Positions 39,457-49,057 of a stretch of DNA of 64,000 nucleotides are shown here, one piece after another (position 1 is the stretch's first letter; each line of letters opens with the position of its first letter). Location: assembly GCA_034423175.1 (NCBI GenBank), contig DAOUJA010000034.1:6379-70378 (forward strand). The letters run 5' to 3'. The notes under the pieces are model-generated. The model was not told where the DNA came from and ran no database searches. It was given only the letters and a program-made list of their open reading frames with translations. This DNA is from Dehalococcoidia bacterium. Lineage in GTDB: Bacteria; Chloroflexota; Dehalococcoidia; Lucifugimonadales; Australimonadaceae. The position numbers were made by a program, and so were the translations under genes.

Positions 39457-40322
39457 ATTGACGACCTTGGCCGGAAGTACGGAGTGGCTGCGTATCCCTG
39501 TTCGGACTGCTGGCCTTCCGCCTGCGCGGGAACGACATGCGCGACATCTGCCCTTTTCGCGGTCGAGGCCCGACCGCGTACGCTGGTTGCATCCCGCTCA
39601 TCGTGAGCCTGGTCGAACCACATACGTGCAGTAGCCATAGACCGCGTTTTATGGGTCGGGGCCCGCTACACCCGCCATTGGTGCGGGTTTGATATGAAGA
39701 ACGCAGGAAGCAGGCCGTGGCCTTGTCGATATAGATCTGCTGGATGTCGAAATGCCCATTGTTCACTCGTAAGGCGCGGATCAAGAACAGCAGGAAGAAC
39801 GCGCGGCTGCGTCCGGGAGGAGAAGGGCTGCGAGGTCCCTGCCTCCGCAGGAACGACGGGGGTACCCGAGAGACGTTTCGGGTCCACTCAGCATGACAAC
39901 CCATCCTGTGCATCGATGTTGATTCCCGGATTGGTGACACGCGTCCCTTTCGCGGTCGCGGGATGACCGCGTACGCTGGTTGCATGAGCGTCGTACGTGC
40001 AGCAGCCATAGACCGCGTTTATGGGTCGGGGCCGAGCCATAGATCTGGTCTATGGGTCCGGCGCCCAACTTGTGAATTCGTTGGCCACCTTGTTCAGTTT
40101 TCGCGGGAAGCAGGCCGTGGCCTTGCGCAGAGCATCACAAGGTGGCCAAGGTGGCCAAATGAAGGGCCAGATTTACTCGTAACGCCGGCAACAAGGTGGC
40201 CAGATTGCAGGGCCGGTTGGACACCTTGCTCAGGGCTGCGAGGTTCCTGCCTCCGCAGGAACGACGAAAGAGGGCGCAGGATGGTTCGACAGGCTCACCA
40301 TGAGCGGGGCGGCCGTGGGCGG
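39457..40322. repeat. Repeat-dense intergenic region holding at least five REP families, several in two copies
   Basis: Duplicated blocks: ccctttcgcggtcg...gaccgcgtacgctggttgcat (39552 / 39944), gccatagaccgcgtttatgggtcggggcc (39633 / 40005) and gaagcaggccgtggccttg (39707 / 40107). Inverted family-A units at 39826 and 40234. ggttcgacaggctcaccatgagcgg at 40283. Confidence 0.8.
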
Positions 40323-41066
40323 CTAACCGCCTGCGACGGGTTTCGGTGGGCGCGGAGGGGTGATGCGGGGGGAGCGCAGGTAGCGCGGGGCGATGGCCGT
40401 CGCGCCGCCCGCTTCGCCCGAGGCCAGCAGCGCGGCGCCGAGCTCGGCAGCGCCCGCCAGCCGCGCGAGGGGCGCGGACTCGGCGACGAAGCGCGCGTCC
40501 GCGCCCAGGCGTTCGCGGAGGGCGTCGGCAACGTCCGCGACGGACTCGCCGCAGAAGAGCGTCGCGCCGGACTGAGCGGCGGCGGGCGGCGCGGCGGACT
40601 GGGTGGCGGCGGGCTGCGCGGCGGCGAAGTCCGGGATGGGGGAGACCTGCTCGTCGCTCAACGCGCGCCACGCGCCGCCGTCCATGCCGTAGGCAGCCCA
40701 GGCGACGACTCCCCGGCCCGCGGGGATGACGGCGCAGACGCGCTCCACCGATGCCCGGTAGGGGTAGGCCGACGCCTCGAGGGTGCTGACTCCCGCCACG
40801 GGAATGCCCCAGGCGACGGCCAGCCCTTTCGCGACGCCGATGCCGGTGCGCAGGGCGCTGAACCCGCCCGGTCCCACGCTCACGGCGATCCCGTCCAAGG
40901 CGTCCGGCGCGATGCCTTCCGCGTCCGTGAGCCAGCGGACGGCGGGCATGAGCTCCGCGGTGTGGTTGTTCCGGGAGCGCCAGGAGACGACGCGCGCGAG
41001 GCCGTCCCGCCATACCGCAGCCGCTCCATAGCGCGTGGAGGTGTCGATGACCAGGTAGGCCGTCAT
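40323..41066 (-). CDS. tsaB: tRNA t6A37 biosynthesis protein TsaB
   Basis: MTAYLVIDTSTRYGAAAV... and GIAVSVGPGGFSALRTGIGVAKGLA. ATGA overlap with tsaE. Confidence 0.85.
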   Translation of the reverse strand: MTAYLVIDTSTRYGAAAVWRDGLARVVSWRSRNNHTAELMPAVRWLTDAEGIAPDALDGIAVSVGPGGFSALRTGIGVAKGLAVAWGIPVAGVSTLEASAYPYRASVERVCAVIPAGRGVVAWAAYGMDGGAWRALSDEQVSPIPDFAAAQPAATQSAAPPAAAQSGATLFCGESVADVADALRERLGADARFVAESAPLARLAGAAELGAALLASGEAGGATAIAPRYLRSPRITPPRPPKPVAGG

Positions 41067-41536
41067 CCTTCCTCCCCGTTCAGCGCGGCGATCAGGCGCA
41101 CGTAGCGCTCGCCGTGCGGTTCCAGCGTCAGCACCCGGGCGTCCGGCGCGCCGCCGAAAGCGATGCTGACGGCGAGGTGCTCGTCCGGGAAGACGGACTG
41201 CGCCTGCTCCGGCCACTCCACGACGCACGCGCCGTCCTCCAGCATCTCGCCGAACGCGAGGTCGTCTATCTCGAGGTCGCCGCCGTCCATGCGGAAGAGG
41301 TCCACGTGGTAGACGGGGATGCGGCCCCGGTACTCGTGCACGAGCACGAAGGTGGGGCTGTGCGCGTATCCGGTGACGCCCGCGCCCCAGGCGACGCCCT
41401 GCGTGAGGGTGGTCTTGCCCGCGCCGAGCGTGCCGCGCAGCAGGTAGAGGTCGCCGGGCTCCGCGAGCGCGCCGAGCCTCCGCCCGAACGCCTGCGTCTC
41501 CTCGGCGCTGTTCGTCTCGAATCGAGCCTTCGTCAT
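41063..41536 (-). CDS. tsaE: tRNA t6A37 biosynthesis ATPase TsaE
   Basis: LLRGTLGAGKTTLTQG...SPTFVLVHEY...YHVDLFR. Confidence 0.88.
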   Translation of the reverse strand: MTKARFETNSAEETQAFGRRLGALAEPGDLYLLRGTLGAGKTTLTQGVAWGAGVTGYAHSPTFVLVHEYRGRIPVYHVDLFRMDGGDLEIDDLAFGEMLEDGACVVEWPEQAQSVFPDEHLAVSIAFGGAPDARVLTLEPHGERYVRLIAALNGEEG

Positions 41537-42525
41537 CGCAGATGCTCCCATCCTTCGACGGCGAACGAGAGCGGTTCGCCGCGTCCGGCGACGTATGCAA
41601 CCCTGCCCGGCGCGCCCTCCATCACGGCGCCGACGGCCGCGCTGCCGGGGATGTCGGCAACGGCGGCGGCTACGACGTCCGGCGGGCCCGCGAAGAGGAG
41701 CTCGTAGTCCTCGCCGCCACTCAGCGCCAGGCGCATCGCCTCCCCGCGGAACTCGGACCTGAGCGCATCCGCCACGGGGACCTGGTCGGCCTCGAGCTGC
41801 ACGGCCACGCCGGACGCCTTCGCGAGCTTGGGCAGGTCGGCGGCGAGCCCGTCGGAGAGGTCCATCGCGCACCGCACGCCGTGGCGCTTGAGGACAACGG
41901 CGGCGTCCGTCCGCGCCGCCGGCCTGCGGTGCGCCAGCGCGAGCGCCTGCCGCGCGGGGGTGTCCAGCGGCACCTCATCCTCCAGCAACAGGAGCCCGCC
42001 CCGTGACCCGCCGAGCGGGCCGGTGACCGCAAGCGCATCGCCGGGCCGGGCCGCAGAACGCGTGAGCGGCGTGGTGCTGCACACACCCGTCATCGCCACG
42101 GTGACGAACGCAACCGGCGAGCCGACGATGTCGCCCCCCATCAGCTCCGTGCCGTAGGCGGCGCACGCTTCCAGCATGCCGTCGTAGAGGTCGTCCACGC
42201 TGCTCACGTCCAGGTCTGCGGGCAGCCCCAGCGTGACCAGGCCCGCCACCGGCACGCCTCCCATCGCGGCGACGTCGCTCACGTTGGAGGCCCACGCCTT
42301 CCACCCGACGTCCGCCCACGACACGGTCGACGTGCGGAAGTGGACGCCCTCGACCATCGTGTCGGTCGTGGCGGCCTGAACGCCGCCCACGCGCCAGACC
42401 GCGGCGTCGTCGCCGATGCCGGCGATGATGCGCCCGCCCATGCCCTGCAGCGGGGCGACGCGGCGCACACGCGCGGTGATGCGCTCGATGAGCGCCGTTT
42501 CCCCCAACTCTCCGACCGTAGTCAT
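41533..42525 (-). CDS. thiL: Thiamine-monophosphate kinase
   Basis: ELGETALIERI...GIGDDAAVW...TTDTMVEGVHF. ORF 41533..42726 trimmed to ATG 42525; the upstream part is repeat-derived. Confidence 0.88.
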   Translation of the reverse strand: MTTVGELGETALIERITARVRRVAPLQGMGGRIIAGIGDDAAVWRVGGVQAATTDTMVEGVHFRTSTVSWADVGWKAWASNVSDVAAMGGVPVAGLVTLGLPADLDVSSVDDLYDGMLEACAAYGTELMGGDIVGSPVAFVTVAMTGVCSTTPLTRSAARPGDALAVTGPLGGSRGGLLLLEDEVPLDTPARQALALAHRRPAARTDAAVVLKRHGVRCAMDLSDGLAADLPKLAKASGVAVQLEADQVPVADALRSEFRGEAMRLALSGGEDYELLFAGPPDVVAAAVADIPGSAAVGAVMEGAPGRVAYVAGRGEPLSFAVEGWEHLR

Positions 42526-42559
42526 GGGGGCATTATCGCAAAACGCGGGCGGCATGGAG

Positions 42560-42629
42560 GGTCCTTCGACAAGCTCAGGATGAACGGGACTAACCCAAGG
42601 TGAGCGGGACAAGCTCAGGATGAGCGGGC
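42560..42629. repeat. REP family with a duplicated gacaagctcaggatgaNcggg unit
   Basis: ccttcgacaagctcaggatgaacggg ... gacaagctcaggatgagcggg. A related copy is at 40283. Confidence 0.7.
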
Positions 42630-42667
42630 TTTCGTCAGTGCGGGGCGTATACTGGAGTTGGGCCGAC

Positions 42668-44170
42668 ATGCCACGACTATCCCTCACGACCCTGCTCGCC
42701 GCCGCCATCCTGATGGCAGGCTGCACCTCGACGGCCTACACGCCAGAGCCCCCGACGCCGACTCCCACGCCCGTCCCAACCCCGGCTCCGGCGCTCACGC
42801 CGACACCGGCTGCCGGGAGCACGCCCGCACCCACGCCCGAGCATCCCTACGATCCCAACGACGCGATGTGGGGCATCTTCAGCGGCATCGACCAGACGCT
42901 CGAGGGGACGCAGCGCGCCCTCGCCGACGCCGTCAGGGAGAATGACGTCTCGCAGGTGCCCATCATCGTCGAGATCATGCGATACGGAGGCGGGCCCGCG
43001 CTGGACGAGGAGTACCGGCTGGCCCTGCTGAGCCTCACCGGCCAGGACTTCTGGATCAACCCGCCGGCGTGGAACGCGGCGATGGAGTGGCTCGGCCCCC
43101 GCAGGGACGAGTTCCCTCCGCCGGACGGCTACCTGGACTGGAAGGTGAACATCCTCGGCATCATCGACCCGCGGATGGCGGCATTCTTCACGTCCGCGCC
43201 CGGCACGGAGCGTATCGACCTGACAGAGGCGGTGTGGGGCGGCGTGCGGACCGACGGCATCCCCGACCTCCAGTCCGCTCCCACGCTCTCGCCGGACGAG
43301 GCGGACTACCTGGACCCGCGGGACCGGGTCTTCGGCGTCTCGGTCAACGGCGAGCACCGCGCCTACCCGCTGCGCATCATGAACCCGCACGAGATGGCGA
43401 ACGACGTGTTAGGAGGCGAGCCGATAGCGCTCGCCTACTGAACGCTCTGCTTCACCGGAATCGTGTATTCCGCAAGAATCAACGGGGAGCCAACCACATT
43501 CGGCACGTCCGGCATGCTCTACCAGAGCAACAAGCTGATGTACGACCGCACGACGAACTCGATATGGAACCAGTTCACGGGCGAGCCGGTCGTCGGCCCG
43601 CTGGCGGACAGCGGCATCCAGCTCGACTTCTTCCCGTCCGTGCTCACGACCTGGGAAGAGTGGCTCGCCGAGCACCCGGACACGACCGTCCTGAACAACA
43701 ACACCGGGGTCTACCCGCCCTCCACCTACGCGCACGAGTGGGAGCCCCAGGCGATCTACTTCGACTACTTCGCGTCGCCGCTGACGATGTTCCCGGTGTT
43801 CAACCGGGACGCGACGTTGCACGCCAAGGAGACCGTCATCGGCGTGGGCATCGGCGGCGACCACAAGGCGTACCCGGTCTCGGCATTCCAGGAGGAGCCG
43901 GTCATCAACGACACGGTGGGCGGGCAGGAGATCGTCGTGGTGGGGTCGAGCCTGTGGGGCACCGGAAGGGTCTACGAGCGGGGCGGGCTGATGTTCGCCG
44001 AGGACGATGACGGGCTGCGGGACGCAGGGGGGGCGCTGTGGAGCGTCAGCGAGAACGCGCTGACCCGGTCAGGGGACGGGGAGACGCTGGCGCGCATACC
44101 GACGATCACGTCGTTCTGGCACGGGTGGTTCTCGTTCCACCCGGACACCGCGATCTACGGGAGCAGCTAG
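42668..44170 (+). CDS. DUF3179 lipoprotein read through one in-frame TGA (43439-43441): candidate selenoprotein, otherwise a pseudogene
   Basis: ORFs 42620..43441 and 43463..44170 share one frame and are separated only by a TGA. Signal plus lipobox: MPRLSLTTLLAAAILMAGC, then a PT-rich linker. The DUF3179 core is DGIPDL...VNGEHRAYPLRIMNPHEMANDVLGGEPIALAY-TGA-TLCFTG...FGTSGMLYQSNKLMYDRTTNSIWNQ. Confidence 0.6.
43451..43478 (+). promoter_or_regulatory. Candidate bacterial SECIS-like hairpin downstream of the in-frame TGA
   Basis: Upper stem CGGAAU (43456-61) pairs with AUUCCG (43467-72) around loop CGUGU. Lower stem UUC/GAA with an internal loop. The apical loop starts 23 nt from the U of UGA and contains GU. 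Confidence 0.4.
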
Positions 44171-44190
44171 GGTCTGGCAGAAGTAAGTTT

Positions 44191-44294
44191 CCCCCCCACC
44201 CGCCCCAGCGCGTGCGCTGCCCGCGCACTCTGGGTTCCCGCCTGTGCGGGAACGACGGGGGCACCCTGGACCCCAGCCGGTGCCCGGGATGACG
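44191..44294 (-). repeat. Family-B REP element (inverted orientation) plus an adjacent half element
   Basis: ccccccacccgccccagcgcgtgcgctgcccgcgcactctgggttcccgcctgtgcgggaacgacg, then ggaccccagccggtgcccgggatgacg. Confidence 0.8.
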
Positions 44295-44313
44295 TTATCA
44301 AGTGCCGTTTAAC

Positions 44314-44347
44314 AGGAAGAAGGCGGGTCTCCCCGCCCTTCATTCCT
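44314..44347. terminator. Strong stem-loop between the convergent DUF3179 and Rieske genes (candidate bidirectional terminator)
   Basis: AGGAA-GAAGGCGGG-tctc-CCCGC(C)CTTC-a-TTCCT. Confidence 0.45.
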
Positions 44348-44500
44348 CTGACAGCGTCCCCGGCACACCTCTGAACCTTCGCTCCTTCTGCATATCCAAG
44401 GCGGAGCCACCCATGTCCGTGCCGGTATTCGCTTCAACTCCCATACTACGGGGAGCGTGTTGCGCGCCGGTTACACGAACGTTAAGAGATTGTTACGGCT

Positions 44501-45772
44501 TCAGGCTGCGCCCACGTACATCTTCTGCATGAGGGCGTCCTGCCAGCGGACGCTGCCGGGCAGCACCTCCTCGATGGCGCGGATGTGATAGTAGGCGTCG
44601 TTCGCGCCGACAGGGGTCCCGCCGTCCTCGACCGTGCGGGTCGCCTGCATCAGCATCTTGCGGGCAGTGATGACGGCGCGGTCGGTCTGGCCGAGGTGCT
44701 CCTGGCTGCGGTCGACGATGCGTTTCATCGCTTCCTGCACCGCCCTGTCCTGCGCGTTGATGCCCTTGATGCCGGTGAACGTGTCCGTGCGCTGGAGCTC
44801 GCGGTCGATCAGCCAGTCGTTGGCCGGGTTGCGGTGGCTGCGCCACGTCGTCTGATCGACGTCGTCGGGGCCGTTGCCGGTGGCGAGCTCGTCGCGCTCG
44901 GCCTGGGTGAGCGGCTCGTCCAGCGTGTAGAACCAGTTCCAGACCATGGTGGTCTCGTCGTCCATGGGCACCCAGTGGTGTCCGGCGATCTTGAACTTGA
45001 ACCAGGAGCCGTCGTTGTTCAGCTGCGCCGCGCGTATCTGGACGTGGGGCATCACGTAGTGGTAGGTGCGGACGTAGTTCGCGTCCTCGCCGGGCAGGGG
45101 ACGGACCGACCCGTACCGGTAGCCGTATTCCGTGAGCTCGACGTCCAGCTTGGAGGCGGTCGCTTTGGCGCGCAGGCCGTCCAGTCCCGCCGCGCCGCCG
45201 GTGCCGAACTTCCGGTGGAGGAAGGACGAGTGAACGGAGTCTATGCCGCCCTCCAGCGCCTGCAGCCAGTTGCACTCCTCGATGACCTTGGAGGCGTGCC
45301 GGTGGGTCTGCGGCTGGCGCGTGAACTCGAACGAGGGCTCAGGCGGCGTCTGCTCCTTCGGCCCCATGTACGTCCAGATGACGCCGCCCAACTCCACGGT
45401 GGGATAGGCGGTGACGCGCACCTTGCGGCTGAAGTCGAACTGAGCGGGCTCGTTGGGCATGTCCACGCAGGCACCGTCCACGTCGAACTTCCAGCCGTGG
45501 TAGACGCAGCGGATGCCGTTCTCCTCGTTGCGGCCCAGCCAGAGGGACGTGAGGCGGTGGGGGCACCACTCGCTCATCAGTCCGACGCGGCCGGACGTGT
45601 CGCGGAAGGCGACGAGGTCCTCGCCGAGGATGCGCAGGCGCAGAGGGTCGCAGTCCGGGTGCGGCAGCTCGTGGGAGATGAGGACGGGCTGCCAGTATCG
45701 GCGCATGACCTCTCCCATCGGCGTGCCGGGCCCCACACGGGTGAGTCGTTCGTTGTCCTGGGTCGAAAGCAT
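44501..45772 (-). CDS. Rieske [2Fe-2S] non-heme iron oxygenase, alpha subunit-like
   Basis: Rieske motif CPHRLTSLWLGRNEENGIRCVYHGWKF. ATG at 45772 (MLSTQDNERLTRVGPGTPMG). Confidence 0.88.
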   Translation of the reverse strand: MLSTQDNERLTRVGPGTPMGEVMRRYWQPVLISHELPHPDCDPLRLRILGEDLVAFRDTSGRVGLMSEWCPHRLTSLWLGRNEENGIRCVYHGWKFDVDGACVDMPNEPAQFDFSRKVRVTAYPTVELGGVIWTYMGPKEQTPPEPSFEFTRQPQTHRHASKVIEECNWLQALEGGIDSVHSSFLHRKFGTGGAAGLDGLRAKATASKLDVELTEYGYRYGSVRPLPGEDANYVRTYHYVMPHVQIRAAQLNNDGSWFKFKIAGHHWVPMDDETTMVWNWFYTLDEPLTQAERDELATGNGPDDVDQTTWRSHRNPANDWLIDRELQRTDTFTGIKGINAQDRAVQEAMKRIVDRSQEHLGQTDRAVITARKMLMQATRTVEDGGTPVGANDAYYHIRAIEEVLPGSVRWQDALMQKMYVGAA

Positions 45773-45916
45773 GGTTGGCTTCCTCGCGTAGGTTGGTTTC
45801 GGATGGTTGTACGCCCCGCGGGGCGGGACTGTCAACGAGCCTACCTAGCCCGCCCGAGAGATGTTTCGACTCCGCCTCTGGCTACGCTCAACATGACAAG
45901 CCCCAACTCCGAGCGG

Positions 45917-47332
45917 CTACGCTACCCCCCCGCGCAGCAGGCGGAGGAATTCCGTCACGTCCGTCACGTCGTCGAGGCGCTCCGTCATGTCGATAACCTC
46001 GTCGACCGTCGCGTCGCTGAGCGGGGTGCCGGCGTGGACGGCGCACTCGCGGAACTTCTGGTGGCGCTGTGCGTCCGTCAGCGGGTTATCGCGGTGGCCC
46101 GGGGGAGCGTCCACGCGCTCAGAGAGCGTTTCGCCGCTCGCGAGCGTCACCTCCACGACGCCGGACTTGCCGAGCGACTCGTCGACCTCGTAGCCGGTGA
46201 CGTTGGCGATGCGCAGGGCGGCTTCCTCGAACAGTCCCTGCGGCGTGGGCTGGAGGTCCGCCAGCGTCACGCCGCCGGTGGTGAGCGCGCGCGCCGTCGC
46301 GAAGATGATCGAGTCCTCCGCCTCGACCGGCGCCTGCGGGTTGCGCCGAGTCTGCAACGGTTCGCAGAAGGTGCGGATGTGCGGCTCGCCGCGCAGCAGC
46401 ACGCGCGTCACCGCCGACGCGTCCGGCACGCGTGAGGCGCGCAGGTTCGACGCGGCCTCGATGAAGACGTGCGCGACGCCGGTGGTGGGCCACGGCTTGA
46501 TCCCCACGTTCAGCAGACGCCACTCCCCGCCGAGACCGTCGCTCATCGCGGAGCGGTCGAACACGCCGCCGTAGTAGGTGGGGAAGAAGCCGGCATCGCC
46601 CTCGAACGCGTCACAGTCGCCCAGCAGTCCTTCGCGCGCCAGGAGCACGCTCTGCATGCCGGCCTGGCAGGAGAACGCGGCGTAGACGGCCTTCGCGGGA
46701 CGCCCCTCGAGCACGGGCTGCCTCCCGCCGGACGCCTGCATGAACGCGAGGCCGAGCGCGCTGTGCGTCTCCAGCGGCGAGAGGCCGAGCATGCGCGAAC
46801 CGCTCATCGCGGCAGCGAGGCAGCCCGGCATCTGGGTCGGCTGCGGTCGGGACTCCGTGAAGGCGCCCACCCTGGCGGTGATGGCGATGCCGATGCGCGA
46901 CATCAGCTCCATGCCCGCCGCGAGAGCGGTCATGAACTCCCTGCCGGACGCGCCGCCGCGCAGATCCGCCGCCGAGAACGCTGTCGGCAGCGTCACCGGC
47001 CCCAGGTGGCCGGAGCCGACGGCGGTGGTGTCGTCGAAGTTGAGCGCGTGCGCCATGCCGCCGTTCAGCATCGCGGCGGCAGCGGCGGGCAGCCTGTCCG
47101 GCAGGCCGATGAGCGACGCCTCTTCCACGCCTCCCGCCTTGCGGGCCCACGCGAGCAGTTGCGGGATACCGATGCCGAGCGTGTTGGCCGCGAGGGATGT
47201 CGCGAGCGTGTCGAGCGTGATCGAGCGGACCGTGCGGCGTACGCTGTCCGGAAGGTCCTCGTACGTCAACCCCGCGCCGAACCGCGCCCACAGCGAGGTC
47301 AGCTCTTCCGCGCCATCGTTCCGTGTCGCCAT
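45917..47332 (-). CDS. MmgE/PrpD family protein (2-methylcitrate dehydratase-like)
   Basis: 471 aa. The N-terminal LTYEDLPDSVRRTVRSITLDTLA and the overall family pattern. Confidence 0.85.
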   Translation of the reverse strand: MATRNDGAEELTSLWARFGAGLTYEDLPDSVRRTVRSITLDTLATSLAANTLGIGIPQLLAWARKAGGVEEASLIGLPDRLPAAAAAMLNGGMAHALNFDDTTAVGSGHLGPVTLPTAFSAADLRGGASGREFMTALAAGMELMSRIGIAITARVGAFTESRPQPTQMPGCLAAAMSGSRMLGLSPLETHSALGLAFMQASGGRQPVLEGRPAKAVYAAFSCQAGMQSVLLAREGLLGDCDAFEGDAGFFPTYYGGVFDRSAMSDGLGGEWRLLNVGIKPWPTTGVAHVFIEAASNLRASRVPDASAVTRVLLRGEPHIRTFCEPLQTRRNPQAPVEAEDSIIFATARALTTGGVTLADLQPTPQGLFEEAALRIANVTGYEVDESLGKSGVVEVTLASGETLSERVDAPPGHRDNPLTDAQRHQKFRECAVHAGTPLSDATVDEVIDMTERLDDVTDVTEFLRLLRGGVA

Positions 47333-47396
47333 GCCACACTCCTCCAGTCAACCGGTCCGGCCCATTATGACACTCGCGCAGTAGTAGCATGACCCC

Positions 47397-48122
47397 ATGC
47401 GAACGCTCATCGTCAGCGACGTGCACAGCAACCTCACCGCGCTCGAAGCCGTGGTCACCGCGGCAGAGGCCGACAGGCCGCTGGACGGGGTGTGGTGCCT
47501 GGGCGATATCGTCGGCTACGGGCCGTGGCCGACGGAGACCGTGCAGCGCCTGCGGTCGCTCGACGCGGTCTGCATCCAGGGTAACCACGACGCGGGAGCG
47601 GTGGGGCGTATCAGTCTCGATACGTTCAACCACGTCGCGCGCGAGGCGTGCCGGTGGAACGGGGCGCAGCTGGACGAGGACGCGCGCTCCTTCCTGCGAG
47701 AGCTACCGGACAGCGTTGCCGTCGCCGGGTTCACGCTCGTGCACGGCACGCCGAGAGACCCGATATGGGAGTACCTCACCAGCCACGCCGACGCCGTCGA
47801 CGCGCTCGAGCGGGTCGACACGCGCGACGTGCTGGTCGGGCACACGCACCTCCAGTTCGCGTTCGAGGACGGGCGCGGGGCGGCGGCGCCGGGGCCGGGC
47901 GGGCTGACCGTGGGGCGGGACGGCGGACGCCTCGTCGTCAACCCAGGGAGCGTGGGGCAGCCGCGGGACCGCGACCCGCGCGCCGCGTACGCGGTCTACG
48001 ACAGCGAGGCGGAGACGCTGGCGCTGCGGCGGGCCGCGTACGACGTCGCCGCCGTGCAACGCGCCATGGAGGCCGTGGGCCTCCCGGAGCCGCTGATCTC
48101 CCGGCTGAGCGTGGGCCGGTGA
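47397..48122 (+). CDS. Metallophosphoesterase (YfcE/MJ0936-like)
   Basis: MRTLIVSDVHSN, GDIVGYGP, GNHD, VHGTP and GHTH motifs. Confidence 0.85.
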   Translation: MRTLIVSDVHSNLTALEAVVTAAEADRPLDGVWCLGDIVGYGPWPTETVQRLRSLDAVCIQGNHDAGAVGRISLDTFNHVAREACRWNGAQLDEDARSFLRELPDSVAVAGFTLVHGTPRDPIWEYLTSHADAVDALERVDTRDVLVGHTHLQFAFEDGRGAAAPGPGGLTVGRDGGRLVVNPGSVGQPRDRDPRAAYAVYDSEAETLALRRAAYDVAAVQRAMEAVGLPEPLISRLSVGR

Positions 48123-48238
48123 CCGGCCGCTGCTCCGATGGCAACCGTACATTTACGGATCCGAGCGAGCGCCGTGGGAGAAGCCATCCAGTCCTGTGCC
48201 ATGGTGAACTGAGCGCAACAGAGTCGATCCGTTTGGCC

Positions 48239-49057
48239 CTATTCTTCACAGACTATGCCGTCACCATCCCCATCGATTGCGGACGGCACAAGGGCTTGGG
48301 GAAACCCATAGCCGCCGCCAGGATATTCCCCAGTGTATTGATGCCGACCCTGTTCACGGGGCTCGCCGGCCGCATCAGCAGCGGCGCAGGAAACATAGGC
48401 TTTCGGCTCCAGTTTCTCTGTAGGTTCAGCACGCTCGAATAGGCCTACCTGCGAAAACACCGAACGGGAAAGCTCCGTACCGTTTACGCCGCATGCGGAT
48501 GAACCTGCCTGCGTTACTGACGGAGTGCAATGCACCGAACCGCCTTCTACGGATAAAGTTCTCCACTCCTCCTCGGACAAGGGTCCGATCAGAATGTGCT
48601 GGCCACCCCAGTACACATACGCGAATATGTCATTAGTAAAGGTATTCCGCTTCCAAGTGGTATTGGGAGCATCTGGAACCAGATACACCGTAAGGACCTC
48701 TTGATCGCCCGACACGAAAGACCTCGTTATCGGCGTCGGCGTTGGATCAACTGGCAAAGGAGTGGCTATCACTATCGTTGGACGAGGCCTGCCCCATGAC
48801 TCCGGCGTTGGGGTTGATGTGGGCTGTTGCGTTGGAGTAGGTTCGGCTTTCGGTGTTGGACTCAGAACAGCGGGAGTAGACGTCGGGATTGGAACTGCCG
48901 TAGCTGTAGCAGTTGCTGTGGCTATTGCCTTAGCGGTTGCTGTGGCTGTTGCCGTCGGCTCCTCTGTCACGGTCGTCGCGGCAGCGCTGCATCCTGCCAG
49001 AAGCACTCCCCCAACCAGTAGCACAACCGCTATCAACGCTGGCTTCATCACTCGCAT
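48239..49057 (-). CDS. Lipoprotein with a PT/TA-rich linker and a C-terminal Excalibur calcium-binding domain
   Basis: MRVMKPALIAVVLLVGGVLLAGC (lipobox). C-terminal ...IDGDGDGIVCEE. The 3' half is visibly lower in GC. Confidence 0.7.
   Translation of the reverse strand: MRVMKPALIAVVLLVGGVLLAGCSAAATTVTEEPTATATATAKAIATATATATAVPIPTSTPAVLSPTPKAEPTPTQQPTSTPTPESWGRPRPTIVIATPLPVDPTPTPITRSFVSGDQEVLTVYLVPDAPNTTWKRNTFTNDIFAYVYWGGQHILIGPLSEEEWRTLSVEGGSVHCTPSVTQAGSSACGVNGTELSRSVFSQVGLFERAEPTEKLEPKAYVSCAAADAAGEPREQGRHQYTGEYPGGGYGFPQALVPSAIDGDGDGIVCEE

Noticed and set aside
34031-39771. The 10-mer TTCACTCGTA on both sides of the giant helicase gene (34031 and 39762; a related TTTACTCGTAA at about 40175) as possible att-like direct repeats
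   Set aside because: A 10-bp match is only marginally beyond chance in 64 kb on two strands. The flanking bases diverge immediately. No integrase or tRNA is adjacent. It more likely belongs to a REP family.
41533-42525. PurM-fold kinase near the candidate selenoprotein as a possible SelD (selenophosphate synthetase)
   Set aside because: The sequence has the ThiL pattern (GIGDDAAVW...TTDTMVEGVHF) and lacks the N-terminal Cys/Sec-Lys motif of SelD. It also sits in the usual tsaE-thiL arrangement.
43439-43441. Genome-wide TGA reassignment (code 4/25-like) as the explanation for the in-frame TGA in DUF3179 and the mnmA-rnhB TGA
   Set aside because: Many conserved genes here terminate at TGA at the expected length (for example hicA, tsaB, tsaE, thiL, the DUF433 gene and the first MFS gene). 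TGA is therefore a normal stop, and only site-specific recoding or a nonsense mutation remains possible.
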